Shown piece after piece: positions 27,521 through 40,000 of a stretch of 64,000 bases of DNA. Under the pieces are notes generated by a model that saw only the letters and a program-made list of their open reading frames with translations, had not been told where the DNA came from and did no database searches. Numbering within the stretch: the stretch's first letter is position 1; each line of letters begins with the position of its first letter. The translations under genes were made by a program, and so were the position numbers. Source of the stretch: Tubiluchus corallicola (lineage: Eukaryota; Animalia; Priapulida); the NCBI GenBank assembly GCA_030141605.1, contig JAQGDQ010000165.1:248001-312000 (forward strand). Direction: 5' to 3'.

Positions 27521-30500
27521 TATCAAGCAACTTGTTCAAATGTCTGACACCCATCTTTTATTATCAACTTTTATGGCTATGAGTTCAATTTGCTGTTAAA
27601 ACACTTTAAAAAGACGTTTTTGTTTCTCCTTGAGGTCCTTAACTTATCTCAAAGAGGCCTCGCGGTAACTGGTTGTTTAGTAAAAACAAAGTACAAAGAT
27701 CAAACAGCTTACATACAGAAAATTCTTAATGATACTGCTATTCACATATGTAAATAACGTGTGTAATTTGTTTCATACATTATTAGTAACTTATCACATG
27801 TGAATGCAGAAGTGGCAGTTTTTCTCAATGCCACTGTTGGAAACAGATGTTGTTTCAAAGGTTAACTTCTGTAAAACAATTTCTAATTTATACACATTAC
27901 AATCAGTTATATAAGAGATACAGCAAAGTTCAAGGAACTGATTACAGTCTCTACCGAGTGTGAACATATCATACAAACTAAACAAAACAAATCATGTCAC
28001 ATGAAAAGAGAATTGGTACCTGTCTTAACATTTTATCACACATAGTCAACAAACAATTATTAATGTAAGTTTGATGGTTACTGCTGATAAGAGAACAATG
28101 ACTATTAATGCTTCCTCACTTGCCAAGATTGAATTCTGAGCAGTATTGACGATGATTCTAATATGTGCTGAATTATCCACAGACTTTAAACATTGAAAAA
28201 TTAAAAACTATAGTCCTAAATATTTTCACGATAATAATGAAATTAATATTAGACAGATTCATTACAGGAAAAAAACAGGCCACTTAGACATGTTTACAGA
28301 CGAAATATGACAAAGTTAATATCAAAATTATCAATGCTGTTGGAACCTCAAAATACATGGAACATAAAGAGATTAAAAAGAATTACTTACTATATTATAG
28401 TTGTAAGTAAATTCAAAAACGATGAATCTATGTCCAACATTTTCAACTGCTAACACATAGATGAAAAGAAGTGCATTTTTCTTTCAATTTCGGAAATCAA
28501 AATAACAGGAAAAAATCAGTTGTACAAACACGTGCACTTTGTTACGTAAATACACTAGAATCATCACAACATCGGCAAAGGGTCAAAGATTAGTAGACAA
28601 ACACTACGTGGGACATTCAGGCATTATTGATCATAATCACATTTTATGAGCAGCTGTTGTTATGCGTGGCATTAATGCAAACATGCTAGTGAATAGGGTA
28701 TTTCTTAAAAACACAGACATTGAAAAAACAAAGTGAAAACAAACTTTCAAATTGCTGCTAGGCGATCCTGGTGAATACCTATCTTACACGTAATAACACA
28801 CACGTCTGTGAATCTATGTATACTTAGTATCTGCAAATTATTCAAAGTTGCCAAAGGTAGTGTTTACTCACCAGCACAGCATGCTACACACGGCATACAA
28901 CCCAAACACTTGGGCATCTTTTTTTGAATTCTGCAAACAACGTACGCTTTACATAGCTGTTGAGCTTGAAAGAGTCACCAAGTTTACCAACAGTTACTAA
29001 GTTTACCAAGAGTTACTACGTTTTTGACTTGAAATCTACATGCATGAGGTATTCACATGAAAGTGTTACCTTGTTTTACCTAAAACAATAAATAAAAAAA
29101 CAGATATAACAAAAGGTCTATTAGTACAGGGACATAATCACCTTTACTAAGATTACAAATGAAAAGCCCAAATACGCGTATAGAAGTCTAATGCCAAAGT
29201 TCTTGAAATCAGCCATCATTTTCAAGTCGCAACTCTGACTTAAATATCAACACAGGTGACATAACCATCGAAAAGTCCAAATATGATTTCTTACGCGTGC
29301 GGCAAAAACACACTGTACATCCTGTGAAAAAGTGACCTCTGTTTTCTACTAATTTATGCATTGACACAAAAATCTAATCAATTTAAAGAATGGCCGTATC
29401 TAGTTCAAATAGATTCAGCTCCCATTAGTAAATTATTTCCGGATAGGTAGCAGCATGGGATAAAATTTCAGCTCTGCAGACTTCGACATGAATGACAGTG
29501 CTACTCACAGAGAGAGACAAACAGCTTGGGACCGATCAAACTATATTCCTTACTAAGCCTAGTTCGGTTAGCTTACTAGCATTTGAAGATAATATTCACA
29601 CGTCAATGCATAAACACAAGAAATGTGCTAGAATTACGACAGACACTGATTTTAAACACACCAGGTGATTGTTCAATAGGCAGTGCTGGCGTAAAGAAAA
29701 ATTGGCTTGAAGTTATTAAAGTTACGAATCAGAAAACATAAATTGTTAAGTTTTATTTTAAAACTATCCAGTAACCATACATAATCTCCTTGACATGCAA
29801 CAATTGAATATATTTGCATAAATTACACAAAAATTATTGCAATTCGCTTTCAGCTATCATTTTTCTCACAAAGAATAATATTGACTATAAATGAACTGCA
29901 TGATTAATTAAAAAAACGATATATCTTGCTGTACGTTAACTAAAGTTGCACAACACATAATTACTGATTTACAGATAAACTATAATAGTTTCACAATAAA
30001 ATTTCATACACTTACAACTATATGAGTAAATTCGTAAAAATATCACAGTTTGCAAAATGAATCAAAATAAGGAATATCCAGTGCATAGCATACATGGCAT
30101 TGTAATTAGCGCCCGAAGTTAAAAATGGCAAGAGATCTGCTCTGTGAAAGGATAGGCGACGATTGCTATCCCCCAGGCTTACAATATAATATATATTAAA
30201 ATAATAATTCATTGCTTTGTTAAAATATTTCAACATTTTAATACCCTGCAAAAGAAAGCTATCAAATTGAATTACTTACAAAATCAAACGATATTGTACT
30301 ATTACTTCCCAAGCTTAAAAAAATCAGTTACTATAGTCACAGCAATCTTTTCAATCCACAGATCAGGTAGCCTAGCCACACTGCTGCGTAATCACATATT
30401 AATCATGAAACACACATATAAACTAAACTGAAGCAGCAATTTTGCTATACATTAGTTTCCCGAAATCAAAATCTCGCTTATTAGGGGAAACACGATTGTC

Positions 30501-30918
30501 AATTTCTTGCGCATTGCTGGCCTAACAGTTGACGTAAAAAGAAATGACAAAATGCCATTTGACAACTGCACTGCACTAGTGCTATCTTATCTTATGAAAA
30601 TTTCTCTATCACTCTTGTAACCAATGTAGCATTCATTTCTTCGTTCACCCAATTTTTCTGTAATAAACCTTTTTGCTTAATACCATCTATTATTTATTAT
30701 ATAAACTCTTGAATCAGAAACATCAAAGTTGAGGAGTTTTTGCATGGCTACAGAGCTGATCAGATAATTGATACGACACATGCTTTTAGCATGACTATAA
30801 GAAATTCACTATAGCCACGTGTTTGGCAATGCAAAGGACGCATGTGAAAATTATGACTTTCGCAGTCCAGCTGATCTCACAATTTAGTTTTGAATGACCG
30901 ATGCTCAGCAAACCACCG

Positions 30919-31032
30919 TTAATTCCGGTCCACAAGCGCCACATCGACTGACTTGCTAGGGTACAGCAAAAACCTGTGTACTGTGGTAATGTCTGTAGCG
31001 TTTCCTGGTTTGATCACAAATCTTCGTACAAG
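30919..31032 (-). CDS. CYP copy B last coding exon
   Basis: LVRRFVIKPGNATDITTVHRFLLYPSKSVDVALVDRN-stop. Confidence 0.88.
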   Translation of the reverse strand, partial: LVRRFVIKPGNATDITTVHRFLLYPSKSVDVALVDRN

Positions 31033-34000
31033 CTAGAAAACAAAGAATGACCCAAAATAGTCAGTCATTAATTAAGAAAATGTTTGACTTGTCTTGCTTC
31101 AAGGAACTTCGTGCGTGTTTACCAATCATCCAGGCAAGACCAATCAATCGCTTTAATCTAGTGCTTTCTCCCAATAACCGTGCAGTTTTCGATGTTGAGT
31201 AACAAAAGGTACACTATAATGGCTACTGTAATAACCTACTGCAGTAAAAAGTGATATAACTTTGGTGGTGAAAGTAATTACTTTGGTAAGTGCAGTAATC
31301 AGGATACTTTGATTACTACAAACCCAGAGTTAATTACAGGTGAACATGCTACACTATCATTGTTCTTTTTAGTTATCAGTGTTAAGTAAACTGTTTACTA
31401 TTTTACAAGAAACCTATTGCTGGTCATTTTTCATTACTGCTACTAAAGTCTGTCTGCAAAGCATTTTATACAGTTTGAGGCATTGGGCTCAAATACTATT
31501 TCAAAAGTTAACTTGACTCTGTACAAGCATAAACAGAACAAAAAAGTGCTCATTCACCTACAATGATTTATCGCAATCGTTGTTTTTGACAGTGACACAT
31601 TTACAGTGATAAGTAAAACAACAACATAGTTTATTAAGTATGCTGTTTGCAATGAATGTTTCGAACATTAAATGCCAAAATCTTTGGACACATTTTCTTT
31701 TTCACAAAAAAAGATTATCAATTATACATAAACTTAACAATCATTTAGCTCTCCTTGGCAAAAAGTTAATCTAACTCATAATTAGAAAGTAGAATACTAG
31801 AAATGTTAAAGTAGTTGGTCAGCTATAAGGAAGGTGCTGTTTAGTCTAGTGGTCAACAGTTTCTGGTTGTAATCGAAGCACGACCTCAACTTTCTCCAAT
31901 TTGGTTTCAAAAAATCAATTATTTTGGGTTCAGTCTATCAAACTGAGTCTATTTTCGATACAAAATAACACCTTTATTAAAACACTAAAAGCAAAGTATA
32001 ACAGCAGGAAGTTTTATACACGTCTAACTGCCTACAATAATCATAATGTTTTAAAATGATGAGGCTATGATCCCGAGAGTAACTTTAGCTTAACGAGTAC
32101 TTACATGGGCCAGCAACAGACGCATTTCAAGAATAGCAAATCTCCGACCTGCAAAAATTAAGAAACTAATACAGATCAATAAGCTTCTCCAGCTAACTAA
32201 AGTGACATGAGATAATTTGCTAAAGTCACCCCATCAGGTAAGCGACGTGTAAATATCACTTGCTAAGCGACCATGGAACAGCACATTTAAAAAAACACAA
32301 TATGCAAACAGACAGTACTCTGGTCAGACAAAGGAAATATATTCGAGGTGTACAATTTTAAATATTTAGTGTCTCCAAAGTCACAGCGACAATTCCACTG
32401 ATCGCGGATACTTACCATGGTGCTATGCCAGTTTCAGGCACAGCACAGGAGCACCAACTGAGCACCAGGTTACACGAATTTCAGAGTTTTCTAAACTGAC
32501 ACTATTAGTCACTGAGCAAAGTCAAGCTAACATAGCTATAACAACGATGAAACTTGAACTTGAATAAAAACATTTTACAGAGCAAATAAAAAAATTGAAA
32601 ATAAAGGCAACATTGTGAACTAAAGACTAAATTTAGGTGAAAAAGAAAACCACAAACAAGTCACTTAACGTTAATTTTGCAGGGGGATTTTGTTATAAGC
32701 ACATTCACTGAAAACACTACATGGGACAGGGATAGACTACAATCATAAAAAAGCACACCAGGCCACAGTCTTTGCATTACAACATGGCACGCATTGTTTG
32801 CTTAACACCACCACAGTCTTTGCCTTACAACATGGCACCCATTCTTTGCCTAACACCAGGCCAGTCTTTGCCTTACAACATGGCACCCATTCTTTGCCTA
32901 ACACCAGGCCAGTCTTTGCCTTACAATATGGCATGCATTGTTTGCCTAACACCACCACAGTCTTTGCATTACAACATGGTACCCATTGTTTGCCTAACAC
33001 CAGGCCACAGTCTTTGCCTTACAACACGGCACGCATTGTTTGCCTAACACCACCACAGTCTTTGTATTACAACATGGTACCCATTGTTTGCCTAACACCA
33101 GGCCACAGTCTTTGCATTACAACACGGCACGCATTGTTTGCCTAACACCACTACAGTCTTTGTATTACAACATGGTACCCATTGTTTGCCTAACACCAGG
33201 CCACAGTCTTTGCATTACAACATGGTACCCATTGTTTGTTTGCCTAACACCACCACTCTCTCCAATGCATGGCCAGGATTAGTGGAAGTCTAGATTAAGA
33301 CTAAGTAATAAAAGAATGCGTTGAAAAGTCTAAATGAGTCAATTTACAAAACTCAATTCTCAACAGTTTTAAAGGTTTTTCACCTGCACAACCTCGAACA
33401 CCAAAACCAAACGGTAGAGAAGCAAATGCATGAGTCACGTCATCCGGTTTCATGCTATCCCGAAGCCACCTTTCCGGCTTGAAAGATTCTGGATCAGCAA
33501 AATATTTCGGGTTCTCGCTCATCAGAGAAAGAGCACCAAAAACAAAAGTCTGTAAGAGAAAGAGTAGAATTTTAACAAAACAGACCTTTAAGCCCAGATT
33601 TTTTCCAGTGAGTTAATAACCGAAAATTTTACTCTAAATGTTGGTTTACATGTCTTAACATTTATTAAAGTGGAGTTAAAAAATAGTACAATGTATTTTT
33701 TCAAAGTTTGCACTGCCCTGTTCCAATCATCCACGCGTGGACACAATCAGCTGCACGAAGCAGGTCTAGATGATGCGTGATTCTTGATTTTGGGCGATTT
33801 TGCAACATGGGTAAGAAACTGGGTTTTTCACTTGCATCTGTGAATCAATTGTTCTCAAACAAAGGTGATCTAAAAATGTTGTGAAAAATGCTCTTTTTTT
33901 CAGAAGTTTGTGGGAGAGACATTGGCCTGGTTTTAAATTTATTGTTGATTAGAATTCAAACAAATGCGTGGGAATACATATAGTCTAATTTGTTGTTTTT

Positions 34001-37000
34001 ATAGCAAAAGATGCATAACGCTTCCATCTATGAGTTGTTAAATTAAAATGTTTTGCTGTTATTGAAATACGTAATTTAGATTTGTTCATGACTTTCAAGA
34101 AAAACCGCACAACTATTTGATTAAAAGAGTGGCCACCCAAAATATAATTCATTGTAACTTACATGATTTGTCACATTTACATTATTACTTTTTATCACAG
34201 CTATAGCATTAAATAGAACTCATGACAACCAATCATATATAATTATTCACTTTATCACATAGTTAATGCAATAAGCACAGAGTACTAATGCTAGATATAT
34301 GACGCACAAATCAGCACATAACCATAAAAAAACTGTTGAAAAAAAAAACAACCTAACGAATTAGGCGGATCATATGGCCTCATAGGAATAGCAAGCGTCA
34401 AATGGTCCGTGACGGTGTAGTGAGACTTTATTAAGCACTTGGCTCAATATCTTTGAGTGAATTATCCTTTTTACTGTGGTTGTAAAAAAGTTACGAAATA
34501 TCGAAAAATACATTGTGCACAAGGTTCTATTTACATATCCAAAGATTCAACACTGACAATCGCAAACATATTCTCTTGGTTAAAATATAATCTGACTCGC
34601 AGAAAACTAGGATACTTTAAAACACAACTTTTGAAAGCTCCTCTTTATAATATTATTTGTGCAATTCTAATGAGTGAAAATGTTCTTTAATGTTTTTAAA
34701 ACTTTTTAAAAGATCTTTTATCTAAAACCATCACAACCAGGGCTCAGTGTTATGCCATTCAGTGTTACTTTTAGTAAAATTGACCAAAGAATTACAAAAG
34801 TTACTGTTTTTATAAGTCTACGCTGATATGTGTATTATTAAAATTACTGACCCCTTTTGGAATGTGGTAGCCTCTAACCACCATATCTTCCTGGCAAATG
34901 CGACCAAATCCGAAAGCAATGGAATGAACTCTAAAAACATACATGTACAAATAAAAAATCACTTAGCAAATTTTATCTGCTGGTTTAAAAAACAAAGTGT
35001 AGTATTAAAATCTGCCAACAGATGGCACTCAAAGGAAAACTACTCTAAAACCGGTGGTAACCACTAACCAGATGACAATAAAATCACAAATGAGAGAGTT
35101 AAAGCTAGCTCAACTACTCCACCTCTGCTTGTTCTCTGTGTTAGGATATAATAAACTAGCAATCTAGACTAGTAAAGTTATGTAGTGAAATGCTGAGGTC
35201 GCAAGCTATCATGAAAGATGAATTCCATCCTGGTAATGAATACTTTGAAATGCTCCCCTCTGGTCGTAGATTCCGCCCAATTAACGCTAAAACCACAAGA
35301 ACTTTAAATTCTTTCTATCTCGTTGTAATTCGCACCATCATCAAGAAATCTCAGTAAATCTCCAATATTAATTCTCTGTATAACTGTACTCTGTACATAT
35401 GGGGTCATTGTCAGTAAGATTTGTTGCTCTTAAACGACGATAATGTAAACCTTTCAAAACCATTAGAAAATCAAAACGTATTTACAGACCGATGAGTGGG
35501 AAATCGAAGTTTAGCAAGTAATGAAATCACTAGCACTTACTTGAATAGAGACATGATTTATTTCACAAGTGACGCGTCACAATCATGGATGTTGGTTTAA
35601 TGCCGAAATGTCAGTTGTAACAATGTAAACCATGTCTCTATTCAAGTAAGTGCTAGTCATTCGATATTTTGCAAACCTTGTTTGTTTTCTAAAAATCTGG
35701 CAGGACGTAATTATCAAGGACAAAAAAAACTGCTTAACAATACATTTGTATGTTCACTAGTGTAACAGAAAAATGCGAACTTCAAAAGTTGACACGTTTT
35801 CCTTGCGCCATTTTATCAAACGACAAACTACTGCCAATGTTTGCTACATGGACTTTAGATAAAAAACATCATGACCTCTGACTTCGTCAAGAAAGTCCTG
35901 CCTCTTGAAAATATCTTCTCTACTCAAGTTTTATGATAGACTGATAATATCTCGCCCCTGCAAAAAATATCTCAGTCCGATGCACTATCTTGAGAGAACA
36001 AACAACTTCAGAAAATGAGACAATTTATTGGTATATCTCTCTAAAACCTCAGCTGATTAAGCAAAAAAAAGAATGAAAAAGCACCAACCGTAACAGTTCT
36101 TTTATCACAGCTTTCAAATAATTCAGATTATCCATGTGTTCTTGAGTGATATGTGTGGCTTCGGCAGGCACGACTCGCGTCAATTCATCGTAGAGTTTTT
36201 CTTGTACTTCTGGATGTCGAGATAATTCATATAACAGCCATTGGACAGCTGTAGATGTCTAAAAGAGATAGACATCGCTGCTAAAATTTTCATCATAGGA
36301 TTTTCATCACTGCTAGAACAATGTTACAATAAAATATAATTCTTAAAAACTGAACAGTCTAATAAACTAAATAAAAAATTTTTTTACAGTTTATATCAGC
36401 GTCCATCAACATACAGCAGCATTAACGACAAAAAAGACTAATTCAGTGGTCATGGTGTATGCCAACTGAGCTTGGGGACCAAAGTTCAGTGAATGGATGG
36501 GATGAGTAAACACGGGGTTCCATTACTGAGTAATTGCTAGCTCTGGGCTGCTTTACTCAAGATACTGATTCTATATGCTTACACTGTAGAGGTAGGCTGT
36601 ATTCACATCTGAACAGGACTAGGACTTCAATGCCATTTCAGTGGCTCACCTTAGTCTTAGAAGTACTGTCTTGACAAAGAGCAGGATTCCAGTCTTGCTA
36701 CAAGAACAATGAACTGCTCCTGTTGAGTAGGCCTGAACTTACCAAACTGATCAGCACATAGATAAGTGACAGCCAGAAATACTGCTCTCGGCAATTTCAT
36801 TGGTTTATACCGTTCCCAGCTGTTCATACAGTCCCTGGATGTTCATACAACCCAGACTGTTCATAACGTCCCTAGCTGTTCATACAACCACAGATGTTCA
36901 CATCATCCTGACTGTTCAAGCCGTTGCCACAAATTTTTAGTTGATTCATGAGGATCCCAACGTAACCAGAGTTAGCTACTTTTGTGGCATAAAAGAGACA

Positions 37001-40000
37001 AAGACTTTTTGTTAAGATGTGAATTCAGCTTGGAAGCTAAACAAGCAAATATTTGTGAATTACCGTGTCGACGGCAGCTGTCATTAGTTCACACATGGTT
37101 GCATAAACTTCGTTTTTTGACAAATCCTTTGAAGCCAACATGTGAACCAAGAAGCTTTCAGCGGGTTTACCAGCTTCAACTTTTGCCATTATGTCAGTCA
37201 GGGCGGCATCAACATATCCTTTACCTAAAGAAGAAACCCATAAAACTTCATCATCGTGCAGATATATTTTGATATTTTGTCAGCAAAATCTTATGCGAGG
37301 TCTTACCTGCCGAAGCCACTGCTCAGCAGTGACGACGGCACTTTACCTAAGTAATGGTGATTTTGGCCTTGATGACGATGATGACCTTTGACCTTTGTTC
37401 AGACGTGGAGACTTTTCTTGCAACTTGTTGTGCAATTTCTCTCTGAGAGTGAATTTGCACGTGTGACCGGCTTGGCTATTTCTCTCGCAACTTATTGTGC
37501 AGCAGCCCTCGCTGAGTTTCCAATAACTTGCCAGAGAAATTGCCAAGCCATTTACACGTGTAACTTTACTCTGAGAGAGAAGTTGCACAACAAGTTGCAA
37601 GAGAAGTCTGTACATTTGAACGTGCCATAATAATGCCAAAGTGTTTCTGATAATTAAATAATAGATAAAGAAATTTAATTAATGTTAGATGAGCCTAACT
37701 CCTAATGACATCGCAAGTGAACGTAATTTTCAACAGCACAAACATTCCTGTTATCTAATTACGTTTATCTAATTACGACAGATAAACCTATAAGTATCGA
37801 AGCCTTCGGGAGTGTAAATTCAAGATATTAAACACAGACGTTGAAAAGCAAAAAGATTTGCTAATGAAGTACAGTAGGTGCTGTTTATTAGACTTGCGGT
37901 TAATAGAATCAATCGCCTATTTGACTCAATAATGTCTGGTACAGGCCACTCCTATTCAAATGTATATAAAAACGTCGGTAATTGACTCAAATAATTCCGC
38001 ATAATTTGCTCAATACTTTTTCCTTCATGTACTTGAAATAAGACACTTGTGTATGCCCAAAGAGCTTTTACTGGTTTTATGTCATCTTTACATCGATTTG
38101 TGCACTATAATATATGTAGAAACAGTCATGTTAGGTATAGCTCTGTTTATAAACAAATACAGTACATCTATCATATGCACTAACACGTTAATGTAGTGGC
38201 TTTGCTTTGAATCTGTCACCCGCTTGTCTGCTGGAGTTAACCTCGTTGTTTCTGGAAGCTAAACATTTAATCACTTGACACCAGTGGTTTGCTTTTGAAG
38301 CTCCCCTGCTTTTCACAGGGGAAACAAGGTCATCACCAACTGCAGCTAAAAGGTTACCAAGTGTTTTGCGTGAATATGTGCAGTATAGAGCAACAGCCTT
38401 TCAACGGTTTTATCATTATAAGAATTTCATAAACCAACTTCTCCCTGAAGAAATGAAGCAACCGACCTTGTAAGTATTTTTGTAATTTTTAGTGGTAATA
38501 ACCAGATTTTTGGGATTTTTTATTTTCTTTTTTTATTAATTCACTTATATAAATTAGTATTTTTAAATAATTGCACATAGGAATTTTCACATTAATTAGT
38601 TTCTAAAATTCATTTAAAGCTTTTGCAATGGATATTAAGGTGATGAGTCATGACTCATACTTTTACAGTACAAATATGCTACACCTTTTGGCTAAATGAA
38701 TAAGTCTTTAATTCATCACAAAGTGAGTCTATTAAGCAGTGCCTCCTGTATTTGCAACCAGAACACAAATTCAATTTCCAATTCAATCAACACAACACAG
38801 GCTGTAAATAGGTAATTGACGTACAGGTACCCAATTTTGGAGATGAGGTGGCGACTGTGGGGTAAAGAAGTGACTGTTTAGGGAAGTGCTAAAATACTTT
38901 TGTATAGAGTGTCAAACTATCTAGAGCCAGTCCTGAGCATGACCTCTTGAACATGTGCACTGCATCACAAGTGAACACTGAACACCTTTGAACGGAGAGA
39001 TACAGCAAGTTTTTTATGCAACACGATTCAGAGATGTAGGTGCTACTGCCCATCTAACTAGCAAATGGTAAAATGCACGTAACAATGATATTTTGCCATG
39101 CGAATGCAAAATTGCATTTCTGTGGTAATAATTCTTTCACGAAAGTCATTCTTGAAAAAATAGTATGTTCCCTTTATATATTTTATAGTGTAGATTGCTT
39201 TGATTTATACTTTTAATTAAGATTGGGTAATAGACTTTAACTATACCATTTTCAACATCAGCTGAAAAGTTTCCTTCTAACCAGTGGTATAAGCAAGTAA
39301 AACCTACCTATCCGAAATAGAGTGTCCCAAGATTTCATATGCCGTTTGTAAATTGATGACATAGCATACTTGGCAAATAATGGTGAAAAAGCAGCCAGAG
39401 CATCACTGGTCGCAAACAATTCACGTGTGCAATTTGCAAACTCAATCAGATCTTTATTTTTCGGTCCACCTAATTCCAAGCATCCGAGGCGAGTCTGAAA
39501 CAATACTGTTCCAATAGCTAGAAAAAGAGTAAAAAAATGAAACAAATTACGACTACAATTTACTTTCCCAATCCTCCCCTTATCTTCGTCACTTCCCCTC
39601 TCTCACGCTCTCTCATTCTTTTTTCTTTTTCCTTCACTCGCTTGCTCCTCCAACTCTTTCTATTACCCTCTTATTTCTACTGTGACTTCCACTAACTCTA
39701 CCTCCATTCTCACAATATTCTGTTTCTTCACTAATGACAACGATGGCATTATTGCACTATAATTAGCACATTTGACAAGTCAGATAATAACAGAGGCATT
39801 AAAATTACCGAACCAACTACTAGAAAACTGTTTCCCTAAAAGCTATAATCTCATCTTGAATCAGGAAGAGCATCAAAAAACTGCTTTTAACCGTCACCAC
39901 AGGAATTCAGCAAATTAGTTATATGATTCTATTTTTCTTCACACATATTCATACCAGTTGTCTGGAGTACAAGCGACCTAGTTTGGCATAATTAATATAA

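Noticed and set aside
27035-27599. Cys-rich repeat ORFs in four frames
   Set aside because: They are products of a 75-bp tandem repeat, with no splice or domain evidence.
32743-33282. Cys/His repeat ORFs
   Set aside because: They come from the 48-50-bp minisatellite, and unit length variants break the frame.
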